Below, piece after piece: positions 1 to 8,836 of a stretch of 64,000 nt of DNA. The translations under genes were made by a program, and so were the position numbers. Origin of the DNA: Candidatus Nanohaloarchaea archaeon (lineage in GTDB: Archaea > Nanohalarchaeota > Nanosalinia > Nanosalinales > Nanosalinaceae); contig JBDGRK010000018.1 of the NCBI GenBank assembly GCA_042218075.1, positions 1,388 through 65,387 of the forward strand. The letters run 5' to 3'. The notes under the pieces are model-generated. The model was given only the letters and a program-made list of their open reading frames with translations. It did no database searches and was not told where the DNA came from. Every line of letters starts with the position of its first letter. Position 1 is the stretch's first letter.

Positions 1-1166
1 ACTACTTCTATCCCGTCTATCTTTTCTTCCTGGTCCAGGGTGACTATCTTTGTTTCTTCAGGATTGAATTCTTCTTTCACTTCTTTTATGCCGTCTATCT
101 CTCTCTGCTTGTTTCTCTCGTTTAATCTGTAGCAGCTCTGGAACGCCTTGACTATCTCTCCGTCTTCTCTGACGAGGAAGTCGCATTCGTTTTCACCCTG
201 GTAGTAGTATATTTCGTTGTGCTGTCTTCTAAGGTGTAGAAATACTGCGTTCTCCAGTAGTCTTCCCCTGTCGGGGGAGGATGTGAGGGAGTGGGCTTTT
301 GAAAGTCCTGTGTCTATGGAGTAGACTTTTTTCGGGTTGACCATCTGTTTTTTTGGGGAGTGGTGGAACTGTGGGATGGTGAAGAGCAGGTATGATTCTT
401 TGAAGTGGGATATGTAGGAGCTTACGGTGTTCGTGGATCCCAGGTCGAAGTAGTCTCTCAGGCTGTTGTGTGTTATCTCGTTCCCTATGTTGGTCATCAG
501 GTAGACCGCCATCTTTCTCAGTGTTTCTGTGTCGCGGATGTTGTGTCTTACTGCTATGTCTCTTATGAGTATGTCCTGCATCAGCTCCTGTAAGATTTGC
601 TGGTTTTCGTATTTCAGGTATTCGGGGAAGCATCCTTTCTCAAGGTAGTGTTTGAAACTTTCCTTGGAAGCTTCTCTATCTTTTAGTTCAAGCATCTCTC
701 TGTAGGAGAATGGGAAGATCTCATAGGTGAGGTGTCGGCCTGTCAGCCTTGTCCCCAGTTCTTTTGAGAGCATTGAGGCGTTCGAACCTGTAATAAAGAA
801 TTTCTTTCCCTTCTCCTGCTGTTGCCTGACGTATTTCTCCCACTCTTCTACGTTCTGGATCTCATCAAGGAATACTGTTTCATGATCTTTAAACTCTTCC
901 TCGAAGATTTCCTGCAGCTTCTTGAAGTCTCTGAGTTCAAAGTCCGCCAGTCTCGTGTCCTCGAAGTTCAGGTAGGTATTAGTTTCGTCCATCAACTGCT
1001 TCAGCAAAGTGCTTTTTCCTGCTCTCCTGACTCCGGAGATAATTACAGCATGGGGAGATTCGGTATCCAGCTCTGCCTCTATTTCCCGTTCAATCAGTTC
1101 TTCTTTCCGCCCCATGTTCTCTCTCTGCGATTTTACCGCTGCTCTAAGGTTGTCCTTCAGCATCAT
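1..1166 (-). CDS. AAA+ ATPase (COG1373 / DUF4143-like); its 3' end runs off the left edge of the window
   Basis: My own minus-strand translation from ATG 1166 gives MMLKDNLRAAVKSQRENMGRKEELIEREIE...VIISGVRRAGKSTLLKQL (Walker A) and ...VFLDEIQNVEEWEKYV (Walker B). The frame stays open to position 1. It is absent from the ORF track because no stop lies in the window. Confidence 0.8.
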   Translation of the reverse strand, partial: MMLKDNLRAAVKSQRENMGRKEELIEREIEAELDTESPHAVIISGVRRAGKSTLLKQLMDETNTYLNFEDTRLADFELRDFKKLQEIFEEEFKDHETVFLDEIQNVEEWEKYVRQQQEKGKKFFITGSNASMLSKELGTRLTGRHLTYEIFPFSYREMLELKDREASKESFKHYLEKGCFPEYLKYENQQILQELMQDILIRDIAVRHNIRDTETLRKMAVYLMTNIGNEITHNSLRDYFDLGSTNTVSSYISHFKESYLLFTIPQFHHSPKKQMVNPKKVYSIDTGLSKAHSLTSSPDRGRLLENAVFLHLRRQHNEIYYYQGENECDFLVREDGEIVKAFQSCYRLNERNKQREIDGIKEVKEEFNPEETKIVTLDQEEKIDGIEV

Positions 1167-1223
1167 CTTTACATTCTAAGGTGTGCACTGATATTATAAA
1201 AAAGTGTGTATTCCTAATGCATA

Positions 1224-1250
1224 AAAGTTTGCATTTTTTTTGCAAACTTT
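1224..1250. promoter_or_regulatory. Perfect 10-bp inverted repeat AAAGTTTGCA-N7-TGCAAACTTT upstream of the ATPase start
   Basis: Read directly from the sequence. It lies about 60 nt upstream of ATG 1166 and could be an operator or a hairpin. Confidence 0.3.
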
Positions 1251-1310
1251 AATAAGGGTAGATAATCTCCGGGCACAACTCCTCGGACGACTCACTCGAC
1301 CTTGACTCAG

Positions 1311-1380
1311 CTGACCGCGACTTCGTGAGAGAAGACTGAAACACCGCTTCTAAACCTCCTGTCCAGAAACCACCTGATTT
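1311..1380 (+). repeat. Intergenic repeat family R1, copy A (core GACTTCGTGAGAGAAGACTGAAACACCGC)
   Basis: It aligns by eye with 2224-2310 and 6337-6423. All three copies read ...D(F/M)VRE(D/G)-TGA in one frame. Confidence 0.6.
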
Positions 1381-1594
1381 CCCGCGATCCTGGAACAAGT
1401 CCAAAACCTCTCCTAACCACCATTAACCTGCCTTCTAAGCCTTGAAAACCGTTTTCAGGAACCAGGTGATAGAGAATCACACATATCCGGAACAGCATTC
1501 CTTCATATGACACCGTCAACTTCTACTCTTGCCAGAACCGCCTGACAGTTGAAACGTCAAAACCGCATGATATCCACAGAACCTGGAACAGGAT

Positions 1595-1607
1595 ATAACA
1601 GTGTTAT
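1595..1607. promoter_or_regulatory. Palindrome ATAACAgTGTTAT followed by a TATA-like TTATAT, about 55 nt upstream of the 1665 start
   Basis: The same 13-mer recurs at 2496-2508 and 3302-3314, and with one mismatch at 4202-4214. Confidence 0.4.
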
Positions 1608-1664
1608 ATCAGATCTATATTTGATTCATTACTAATTTATTTCTTGTTCTTTTAGTTGTGTATT

Positions 1665-1871
1665 ATGAATCTGAAAACAGGTGATGATGTTGCCGGGTTG
1701 TTCGAGAAGCAGAATGATAACCTGGTGAGGGATCTAGTTTACTCCCGGATCAGCAGCGGTTCAATCTCGCCGGAGTTACTGAATATTATGCTGGAAGACG
1801 GAAAGAAGCTTGAAAACGAAAAGGAAGTAGCTGAATCACTAAGGGAAAAGTCAGGGGAAAGACTGGAATGA
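1665..1871 (+). CDS. Small antitoxin-like protein, paralog of the N-terminal part of 4273-4581
   Basis: MNLKTGDDVAGLFEKQNDNLVRDLVYSRISSGSISPELLNIM... is nearly identical to the 4273 product. Its stop overlaps the start of the downstream PIN gene (ATGA). Confidence 0.5.
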   Translation: MNLKTGDDVAGLFEKQNDNLVRDLVYSRISSGSISPELLNIMLEDGKKLENEKEVAESLREKSGERLE

Positions 1872-2185
1872 TTCTGGATACCAGTAAGGCTATAGAAAGA
1901 TACAATTCAGAAGATTCTATAGAACAGAACATCACGATAGTTACAGTAATAGAGTTCACACCCGTAGTTCAATATGAAAAATTCAGTGGGGAAATATATA
2001 CAGTCAAGCCAGAAGACCAGATAAAAGCAATCCAGATACAGCAGAAACTCAGAGAAAAAGGAGAACCAGCACCATTCCCTGACCTACTGGTAGCAGCAAT
2101 AGCAATCAACAGGAACGAAACACTGGAAACAGCAGATGAAGACTTCAAACCAATCGAAAAAGCAACAGAACTAGAGCTAGAATAA
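1868..2185 (+). CDS. PIN-domain (VapC-like) toxin
   Basis: N-terminal ILDTS, a mid TVIEF, and C-terminal PDLLVAAIAINRNETLETADEDF match the PIN acidic-residue pattern. It is coupled by a 4-nt overlap to the upstream small ORF. Confidence 0.6.
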   Translation: MILDTSKAIERYNSEDSIEQNITIVTVIEFTPVVQYEKFSGEIYTVKPEDQIKAIQIQQKLREKGEPAPFPDLLVAAIAINRNETLETADEDFKPIEKATELELE

Positions 2186-2223
2186 TTCAGAGGTATCGAG
2201 GTCTTTTGACATGCCAGATAGAA

Positions 2224-2310
2224 CTGTCAGGGACATGGTAAGAGAAGACTGAAACACCGCCTCACTCCCATACCGTCCGAAATGCGGATGAAATCAACTG
2301 CTTTCTGAAC
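2224..2310 (+). repeat. Intergenic repeat family R1, copy B
   Basis: AAGAGAAGACTGAAACACCGCCTCACTCCCATACCGTCCGAAATGCGGATGAAATCA aligns with 6337-6423 and 1311-1380. Confidence 0.6.
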
Positions 2311-2417
2311 AAAACTCCAGGACCTGAAAACATATAATGATCACCAAAAAACCTCCCGAGAACCTATTCCGCATACCAAAGCTCCAGAAACAGTCATCCG
2401 GAAATCGAACAGCCTAT

Positions 2418-2510
2418 ACAGGAAGCGAATAACCTCAAAAAGCGTTCAAAAACCGGAGGACAGAATGAATCCGAAAAATGGATGATCTGGAAAGTATAAC
2501 AGTGTTATAT
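2418..2510 (+). repeat. Intergenic repeat family R2, copy B, ending in the ATAACAGTGTTAT palindrome
   Basis: ACAGGAAGCGAATAACCTCAAAAAGCGTTCAAAAACCGGAGGAC...GGATGATCTGGAAAGTATAACAGTGTTATAT aligns along its whole length with 3231-3316. Confidence 0.65.
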
Positions 2511-2617
2511 CTGATCCAAATTTATGAGGTGTCTTGGCATATCTTCGAGCTGAGAAAAAATTGAGTTAAGTTCTGTATATGGAAAGATTTTAGTATCTTA
2601 AAACCGATTTCTGCAAC

Positions 2618-2797
2618 ATGACAACTTCTCTGGCACTGGAAAGACTTGATGATCTGAGAGAAGAGATAGGTAGTTTGAGGAAAAGTATTGAAGAGGAATC
2701 GGAAATAGTAGAGCTCGGAGGACTGTGGGAAGGTATCGAGATAGAAGATGAGGATATAGAGGATGCGAAAGACTCTCTTTTCGAAGAGGCGCGGTAG
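2618..2797 (+). CDS. 59-aa antitoxin-like protein upstream of a PIN toxin
   Basis: My own translation gives MTTSLALERLDDLREEIGSLRKSIEEESEIVELGGLWEGIEIEDEDIEDAKDSLFEEAR. It is below the ORF-track size cutoff. Its C-terminal half is homologous to the C-terminal half of 4273-4581. Confidence 0.5.
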   Translation: MTTSLALERLDDLREEIGSLRKSIEEESEIVELGGLWEGIEIEDEDIEDAKDSLFEEAR

Positions 2798-2799
2798 AC

Positions 2800-3177
2800 T
2801 TGTTTATAGTCGACACTCATTCGCTGATCTGGTACCTGACGGGAAATGAAAAGCTAAGCGATACTGCAGAGACATTGTTGAAACAGGCCGACAGCGGTGA
2901 AATAGATGCTGTAATTCCTACAATAGTACTGGCTGAAGCGCTTTTCATCTCCGAAAAGACAGGTGCTGAATTCAACTCTCTACTGGAGAAAGTCGAATCA
3001 GGCAGCAACTATCAAGTATACCCTCTCAACATCAGGATCATAAAAAAGATGAAAGATATTGAAGAAGACTACTCAATCCACGACAAAGTGATAGCAGCAA
3101 CATCCAAAATACTGGAAGCCGAAATCATAACGGGAGACGAAGAACTGAGAGAAGGAAAAGCAAATACAATATGGTAA
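2800..3177 (+). CDS. vapC: PIN-domain toxin VapC
   Basis: FIVDTHSLIWYL...PTIVLAEALFI...KVIAATSKILEAEIITGDEEL shows typical PIN motifs. It begins 3 nt after the antitoxin stop. Confidence 0.75.
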   Translation: MFIVDTHSLIWYLTGNEKLSDTAETLLKQADSGEIDAVIPTIVLAEALFISEKTGAEFNSLLEKVESGSNYQVYPLNIRIIKKMKDIEEDYSIHDKVIAATSKILEAEIITGDEELREGKANTIW

Positions 3178-3230
3178 AGAAAAAAATTAATGAAGCGTTC
3201 AGGTCGAGTAAAGATTAGATACAGGAAGCG

Positions 3231-3316
3231 AACAACCATGAAAAGCGTTCAAGAACCGGATGACGGATCAAAATCCAGGAAATGGATGATCAAAAGCTTG
3301 AATAACAGTGTTATAT
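3231..3316 (+). repeat. Intergenic repeat family R2, copy C, with the palindrome at 3302-3314
   Basis: It aligns with 2418-2510. Here it points into the 3' end of the convergent HEPN pseudogene. Confidence 0.65.
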
Positions 3317-3349
3317 TTAGCTGATCGTTTTGAAGTTGATATAGTTTTT

Positions 3350-3733
3350 CTATAATTCTGTTTCTTTTATCTGTTTCATTTTTTCTATGAACTGTTCTGC
3401 TTTATTCAGGTACTGTTCTAGATCTTTTCTTTCTATGTCGAGGTCTACCTGGTAGTCTGCTTTTTCTCTGTATGTCTGTTGCTGGGAGTAGAACCGGCCC
3501 CATTCCTTATCTAATTGGTCTTTGAGTACTATTTCTTCCCCGATTTTTACTTTGATGCCTGAGTGTGTGTTTACATCTATTCCTTTTGAGACAAGAGCTG
3601 CTCCCCCAGATTAGTAAATTGAATAGTATATCCTGTTCTGTATTGTAGATACAAGCATTTCCTGTTCATAGGCTTTCCTGGCATCATTTAACGTGGCTTC
3701 GGCTTTTTCCAGCAGTTTCTCTGATTCATGCAT
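3350..3733 (-). pseudogene. HEPN-domain toxin interrupted by one in-frame TAA (3611-3613)
   Basis: My own translation gives MHESEKLLEKAEATLNDARKAYEQEMLVSTIQNRIYYSIY*SGGAALVSKGIDVNTHSGI...TYREKADYQVD.... The span is 384 nt and in frame throughout. It is a homolog of the intact HEPN gene at 23357-23740. Confidence 0.6.
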
Positions 3734-3776
3734 ACTTTATACCTTCTTTCTGAATGTTTCTTAGGAATGAGCTTCC

Positions 3777-4046
3777 CTAGAAGCCATTGAATTCTTCTTT
3801 AACTGTACCCTGGACAGAGATTGAGACTCCATTCTCGAGAACTCCTATACTGTATGCCAGATCTCTTAATTTTTCCAGGTCTTGCCTGTTTTCTACTACG
3901 GCAAATACATCGACATCGCTGTGCTTTTCTTCTTCCTCTCGTGCAACGCTTCCGTAGAGAACAAGTTCTTTTATTGAATCATCCAGTTCCTTTCTCGCCT
4001 TCTCGGCAAACTTTTCAAATACTTCTCTATGTTTTGATCCTTTCAT
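3777..4046 (-). CDS. Minimal nucleotidyltransferase (MNT antitoxin partner of HEPN)
   Basis: LVLYGSVAREEEEKHSDVDVFAVV matches the GS...DxD nucleotidyltransferase motif. It lies directly upstream of the HEPN pseudogene. Confidence 0.8.
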   Translation of the reverse strand: MKGSKHREVFEKFAEKARKELDDSIKELVLYGSVAREEEEKHSDVDVFAVVENRQDLEKLRDLAYSIGVLENGVSISVQGTVKEEFNGF

Positions 4047-4201
4047 AGGTTAAGTAATATTCTAGAAATTTAAGAAAATAATTTTTCATCGAGTTCATAT
4101 AATTTCCATATCACAGGTAAACTTCATGCTTGAAGTTAAAATAGAGATATATATTTGAATAGAAATCTATGAATTTGAAACTAGGATTATCAAAGAAAAG
4201 T

Positions 4202-4214
4202 ATATCAGTGTTAT
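4202..4214. promoter_or_regulatory. Degenerate copy (ATATCAGTGTTAT) of the cassette palindrome, about 59 nt upstream of ATG 4273
   Basis: Read directly from the sequence. The following 5' leader (GATTTATTTCTTGTTCTT) matches the one upstream of 1665. Confidence 0.35.
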
Positions 4215-4272
4215 ATTTTACAGATAGAATCCTAGGCGACTGATTTATTTCTTGTTCTTCAAACGATATGTT

Positions 4273-4581
4273 ATGAATTTGAAAACAGGCGATGATGTTG
4301 CCGGACTGTTAGAGATGCAGAATGAGGACTTGCTGAGAGATCTAGTTTACTACCGGACCAGCAGCGGCTCAATATCGCCGGAATTACTGAATGTAATGCG
4401 GGAAAACGGGAAGAAACTTGAAAACGAGAAGGAAGTAGCTGAATCACTAGGGGAAAGGTCAAGAGAAAGACTTGATGATCTAAGAGAGGAGATAGGTAAT
4501 TTGAAGAAAAGTATTGAAAAGGATGCGAAGACGGTGGAGCTTGGAGGTTTGTGGAAAGTTTTGGGAATTGGGAAGTATTGA
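4273..4581 (+). CDS. Orphan antitoxin-like protein; a composite of the 1665 type (N-terminal) and the 2618 type (C-terminal)
   Basis: MNLKTGDDVAGLLEMQNEDLLRDLVYYRTSSGSISPELLNVM...LDDLREEIGNLKKSIEKDAKTVELGGLW. No toxin ORF follows it. Confidence 0.5.
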   Translation: MNLKTGDDVAGLLEMQNEDLLRDLVYYRTSSGSISPELLNVMRENGKKLENEKEVAESLGERSRERLDDLREEIGNLKKSIEKDAKTVELGGLWKVLGIGKY

Positions 4582-4734
4582 GAGATGATTTTGCTGACCG
4601 GCTGCTCGAAGAGTTTGAGAGGTAGTTCTTATGGTAAGTTCGGATCGGATTGAGATTTTCTTTGATGCGGAAGGAGTAACTGAATTAATTCCAGAGAAAG
4701 TTTTAAATATATTTTTTCCCTAATTTCTATTAAA

Positions 4735-5478
4735 ATGTCGGAGATTAAAAGGAAAAATTACAAATCGCTCTCAAAATCGGAGTACAAACTGGTAGAGTTC
4801 GTGTTAGAAAACGAGCTGAAGGTTTTTACCAGGGCCGATATGGAGAAAAACCTCGGTTTTGACACTGAAAATTGCTACAGGATTATCTCCGGCCTCAGGA
4901 AAAAAGATATGCTGGAATCTCCCATCAGAGGTTACTACGTTCTTGACATACCCAACTACAATGTCTCACTATATCAAGTGGCTACAAGGATCTACTGGCC
5001 ATCCTACATTTCTTTCTGGACCGCACTCTCATATCACAGTCTAACCGACCAGCTTCCCCGAACTGTCTATGTGGTCAATGCAGAAAATTCATCAGAGATA
5101 GAGTTCAGGGATCACAGAATAGACTTCGTCAGGTTCAAACCGGAGTACATCTTCGGATACGAAGACTCCAACGGCTTTATAGCCGACCCGGAAAAAGCCG
5201 TGATCGATTCCCTGCATCTTCCGCGCTACTCGGGAGGCATAACCGAAGTTGAAAAAGCACTTGAAAGAGATCTAAATATACAGAAACTAGAGGAATACGC
5301 CGAAAATATGGGTATATCCGCTGTAAAGAAGAGGCTTAAGTACCTGATGCAGCGAAAAGCTATAGATAACAGTCTTGAAGTCTCAGGAAGCTATGTAAAG
5401 CTCGATCCATCAAAGGGAGATGGAAAACGTATCAAAAACTGCCTTATCGAAGACAACGTCTACAAGGGTAGAGAATGA
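4735..5478 (+). CDS. AbiEi-like antitoxin / wHTH regulator (type IV TA)
   Basis: N-terminal wHTH-like segment. Its position and 4-nt overlap with the AbiEii-type gene fit the AbiE architecture. Confidence 0.6.
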   Translation: MSEIKRKNYKSLSKSEYKLVEFVLENELKVFTRADMEKNLGFDTENCYRIISGLRKKDMLESPIRGYYVLDIPNYNVSLYQVATRIYWPSYISFWTALSYHSLTDQLPRTVYVVNAENSSEIEFRDHRIDFVRFKPEYIFGYEDSNGFIADPEKAVIDSLHLPRYSGGITEVEKALERDLNIQKLEEYAENMGISAVKKRLKYLMQRKAIDNSLEVSGSYVKLDPSKGDGKRIKNCLIEDNVYKGRE

Positions 5479-6230
5479 TAACCGAGAGAAAACTGAAACA
5501 GATAGCTGACCAGAATAAAATAAATCCTTACTACCAGGAAAAAGACTACCTCCAGAACATCCTGCTGAGAGAAATATCCGGCGAAGACATGGTTTTCAAG
5601 GGAGGTACATGCCTCAAAATCTGCTACAACCTTCCCAGATTCTCCGAAGACCTGGACTTCAATACTGAAAAAGCTCCCGAGGAGATCGAAGAGATTATCA
5701 GGAACGGTGTAAAAGCATTTGGGAGGATGGGAATAGATACAGAGTTCGAAAGATCCGAGAAATTCGAACAAAATTCCTCCTACACCGCACACATCAGATT
5801 TGAAGGTCCTCTCTACAGAGGTAATCGAAGTTCGACAAACACTGTACAGGTCGACGCAGGCAAAAGAACAGGAACAATACTAGAAACAGATGTAAAACAG
5901 GTTACAAGTCCTTACCCCGATATACCATCCTACTTCCTCACCACAATACAACTAGAAGAAATACTCGCGGAAAAGATAGCAGCGATGGATGAAAGATCAA
6001 AAGGCAGAGACCTCTTCGACATCTGGTTCCTCATCGATAAAACAGGGATAAACGAAGATCTAATCGATCAGAAGACTTCAGGCAGCATTAGCGTAAGTTT
6101 TCCATCTGAGGAAGATTACAGGAGAGACCTGTCCGATCTTCTGCCCAACGTACCACCCTACGAAAAGGTAAGCAAGAGTGTAAAACAGAATCTAGAGAAA
6201 GAGGGATTAAAAGTAAATCTAAAACTCTAA
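5475..6230 (+). CDS. AbiEii/AbiGii-family nucleotidyltransferase toxin (DUF1814)
   Basis: FKGGTCLKICYNLPRFSEDLDF is the hallmark motif of this family. The C-terminal ...EKIAAMDERSKGRDLFDIWFL is also typical. Confidence 0.85.
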   Translation: MITERKLKQIADQNKINPYYQEKDYLQNILLREISGEDMVFKGGTCLKICYNLPRFSEDLDFNTEKAPEEIEEIIRNGVKAFGRMGIDTEFERSEKFEQNSSYTAHIRFEGPLYRGNRSSTNTVQVDAGKRTGTILETDVKQVTSPYPDIPSYFLTTIQLEEILAEKIAAMDERSKGRDLFDIWFLIDKTGINEDLIDQKTSGSISVSFPSEEDYRRDLSDLLPNVPPYEKVSKSVKQNLEKEGLKVNLKL

Positions 6231-6336
6231 ACACTAAAAATGAACTCCAAACTTACTCGAAAACTTTGCCGGGTTGAAGATTTCCAGAACCCGAAGGTTT
6301 CCCGGTAACGGTACATGACACCTCCAGAGCTCGTAA

Positions 6337-6423
6337 CTGACAGCGACTTCGTGAGAGAGGGTTGAAAGACCAGCCTACTCCGGTACCGTCCTAAATGTGG
6401 ATGGAATCACCTAATTCCTGAAC
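6337..6423 (+). repeat. Intergenic repeat family R1, copy E, upstream of the 698-aa gene
   Basis: CTGACAGCGACTTCGTGAGAGAGGGTTGAAAGACCAGCCTACTCCGGTACCGTCCTAAATGTGGATGGAATCAC aligns with 2224-2310. Confidence 0.6.
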
Positions 6424-6538
6424 CATAACTCACAGTCCTTCACCACAAGTGTTTGGTGATTGGAAAGATTCATGAAAAAGAACCTGAAAACCCTCTCGGA
6501 AGAATACAATTTTAAACAGTGGAGAGCTTAAAGACTGT

Positions 6539-8635
6539 ATGTGGAGCGGGTCGATGAGCGTTAGAGTCAAGACGTTACTCATCCTTCTTGGTATGACTGT
6601 ACTCTACTCTGTCTCGGTATCGGCGGAACCCCAGGTCGTGAGGCCGAACACGGAGGGAACATCGGAGATCGACGCGGACACTGTCGACGGTCAAGATGCC
6701 TCCCAGCTCGGGGGAAACCAGAACCTTTCCGAGGTTCTTGGCGAGGCGAACAAGGCAGGTACTCACGATATCAACCTGACCGGCAACGCAATTAGAGACG
6801 TCAGCGCTCTTTACGATGACTCGAATACGCAGTGCGGATCCGACGAGTTCCTCAACGGCCAGGGATCATGTACCACAGACTCTTTCGCAACCGACACCGA
6901 CAACCAGAATCTGGAGGATGTGCTCGCACAGTACAACGATGCCGGAGCCTACAACATCAACCTCTCCGGAAGCGAAATACAGGACACCGACGGAGCAATA
7001 ACCCTCGGAGGAGGAAACGTAGAAATACCCGACGGAAAACTAAAAATCTCAAACTGGAACAACGCCTCCGGACTCAACGCAACAGGAGCACCAAACGACT
7101 TCTCCAACGCAGGAGACCTCGGAAGCAGCGGAGACATAACAGATGGAAACGTGGAGAACGCAGAGCTAAACAATAATGATGTCTCAATCGCAGGAAACAC
7201 AGTCAACCTCGGAGGAAGCGTAACCTGCAGCAGCATAACAGGAAGCAGCGGACTATGCGACAGCACTGACAATGTAGACGACTCCGTAAGCGACTCCAAC
7301 CTCGAAGGAGCATTCTCAAGCAACGGATTTCTCAAAAGAACAAGCTCAAACACATACTCAACAGACAGCACCATAGACATCTCCGGAGAAACCAACCTCG
7401 GATCAGGAAACGCAATCAGCATCAGTGGAGATAACGTTGCTGTAAGTGAATCAGGAATAGGCCACGACAACATAGGAGGAGTATCCACGCATGATCACAT
7501 TAGCGAGAATGGTATAGAAGCTGATATTTTTGACACAGGCGACAACAGCCCCCAAAAAAACCTCGGGATGAACAACGATGATCTGGCAAACGCAAATAGT
7601 CTGGAAACAAACAACATCTACGACAACGACGACAACAAGATCAAGGTAAAAGACAACATCTCACTCGCTACATCAGGAGGAAGCGAAGTGAGCGAAATAC
7701 ACACGTACAACAGCGGAGAAAGCGGAGTCGACATCGGACTCCAAGGCGGAAAAAACCACATAGAATTCGAACACTACAACACACCATCAACAGACTTCCT
7801 CACAATAGACTATAATGGAGGAAGCGGAAGAATCGGCGCGGGAGCAAACCTAGACATGAACAACAACGATGTTGACGCAGCCAACCAGATCAACTTTAAC
7901 GGAGGCGCCTACATAGACGAGGGAGCGGCAAGTTACGGCAGTATCAGGGTCAGCGGTAGCTGTGATAACGGGTATTGCGGTGTCAATATCCAGGACAACG
8001 AGGACTATGTTTTCATGACAAGTGGAGACACGGTGGGTATATACGATGATAGTGATAACAACTGGGTGTGGGATAGGGATGACAGCCAGAACGTTCTCCG
8101 CGTGCATCACAATCTTGAGGTCACAGGATCAATAGATGAAACCGCTGACGTTGCCGAGGTAATGAGGCAGAAGGATAAAGAGGAAGAGATAGAGGCGGGT
8201 GATGTCGTCGCCATCAAGGAAGGCAAGGTAACCAAGAATACTACAGACTCCAGCCTGAACATGGTGGTATCAGCCAAGCCGGGTATCCGGCTTGGAGGTC
8301 AGGTAGCGCACAATATTTCGGAAGACACCAGAGAAATGCTGGAGGAGAAAAGACTTGATATTGCTTTCACAGGTAGGGTACCCGTCAAGGTTAGGGGAGA
8401 AGCGGAAAGCGGGGACTACCTCCTTCCCTCGGGAGAAAATGATGGTACGGCGGTAGCAGTTGATGAGAAAGAGATAAGCTTCCAGCAATACAGGAGGGCG
8501 ATAGGTGTTGTTCTACAGCCATTTGAAGTCCCAGAACACATGTCCAAGAATAACACAGAGGAGTATAGGGAAGTCCTCGAAGAGGCTGAGAAAAAGCCTT
8601 ACACCATCTACAATGTTGCGGTAGGAGTGAAGTGA
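6539..8635 (+). CDS. Secreted or membrane-anchored acidic surface protein with tail-fibre-like repeats and a conserved C-terminal module
   Basis: N-terminal hydrophobic signal VKTLLILLGMTVLYSVSVSA. DADTVDGQDASQL motif. Internal repeat NQNL(S/E)xVL...AG..(D/N)INL(T/S)G. C-terminus ...GRVPVKVRGEAESGDYLLPSGENDGTAVAV...IYNVAVGVK, a module I recall from the C-termini of bacterial tail-fibre-domain proteins. Confidence 0.75.
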   Translation: MWSGSMSVRVKTLLILLGMTVLYSVSVSAEPQVVRPNTEGTSEIDADTVDGQDASQLGGNQNLSEVLGEANKAGTHDINLTGNAIRDVSALYDDSNTQCGSDEFLNGQGSCTTDSFATDTDNQNLEDVLAQYNDAGAYNINLSGSEIQDTDGAITLGGGNVEIPDGKLKISNWNNASGLNATGAPNDFSNAGDLGSSGDITDGNVENAELNNNDVSIAGNTVNLGGSVTCSSITGSSGLCDSTDNVDDSVSDSNLEGAFSSNGFLKRTSSNTYSTDSTIDISGETNLGSGNAISISGDNVAVSESGIGHDNIGGVSTHDHISENGIEADIFDTGDNSPQKNLGMNNDDLANANSLETNNIYDNDDNKIKVKDNISLATSGGSEVSEIHTYNSGESGVDIGLQGGKNHIEFEHYNTPSTDFLTIDYNGGSGRIGAGANLDMNNNDVDAANQINFNGGAYIDEGAASYGSIRVSGSCDNGYCGVNIQDNEDYVFMTSGDTVGIYDDSDNNWVWDRDDSQNVLRVHHNLEVTGSIDETADVAEVMRQKDKEEEIEAGDVVAIKEGKVTKNTTDSSLNMVVSAKPGIRLGGQVAHNISEDTREMLEEKRLDIAFTGRVPVKVRGEAESGDYLLPSGENDGTAVAVDEKEISFQQYRRAIGVVLQPFEVPEHMSKNNTEEYREVLEEAEKKPYTIYNVAVGVK

Positions 8636-8674
8636 TCCACAAGAGATTTAATTCTTGGGTTAGAGATATTCTCT

Positions 8675-8836
8675 ATGTCTGAGGTTGCGGAATCTGATTA
8701 CAGCTGGCTTGTGAAGACAAGAGTAAAGGACCGTTCCCGTATCAAGAGAGCTATGGATAAGCAGGATGAGATAAGGGGTGAAACAGTTGAGGGAGATTTA
8801 AGCAGTGAGATCAGGAAGTGGCGTGACCGGAGATGA
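8675..8836 (+). CDS. 53-aa antitoxin-like protein (VapB position)
   Basis: My own translation gives MSEVAESDYSWLVKTRVKDRSRIKRAMDKQDEIRGETVEGDLSSEIRKWRDRR. Its stop overlaps the PIN gene start (ATGA). Confidence 0.5.
   Translation: MSEVAESDYSWLVKTRVKDRSRIKRAMDKQDEIRGETVEGDLSSEIRKWRDRR

Noticed and set aside
822-1199. ORF 822-1199 (+) and ORFs 229-633 (-) and 405-593 (+).
   Set aside because: A different minus-strand frame encodes a continuous AAA+ ATPase with Walker A and B motifs across 1-1166, so these are shadow ORFs.
3611-3613. TAA (and TGA) reassigned as sense codons, explaining the in-frame stops at 3611, 24308, 59639 and 15476.
   Set aside because: TAA terminates well-conserved genes at their expected ends (glyS at 54600-54602, ndk at 39976-39978). 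TGA terminates pheS and the 698-aa gene. The stops are therefore genuine nonsense codons or rare read-through events, not a variant genetic code. I saw no evidence for a SECIS-like element near the TGA.
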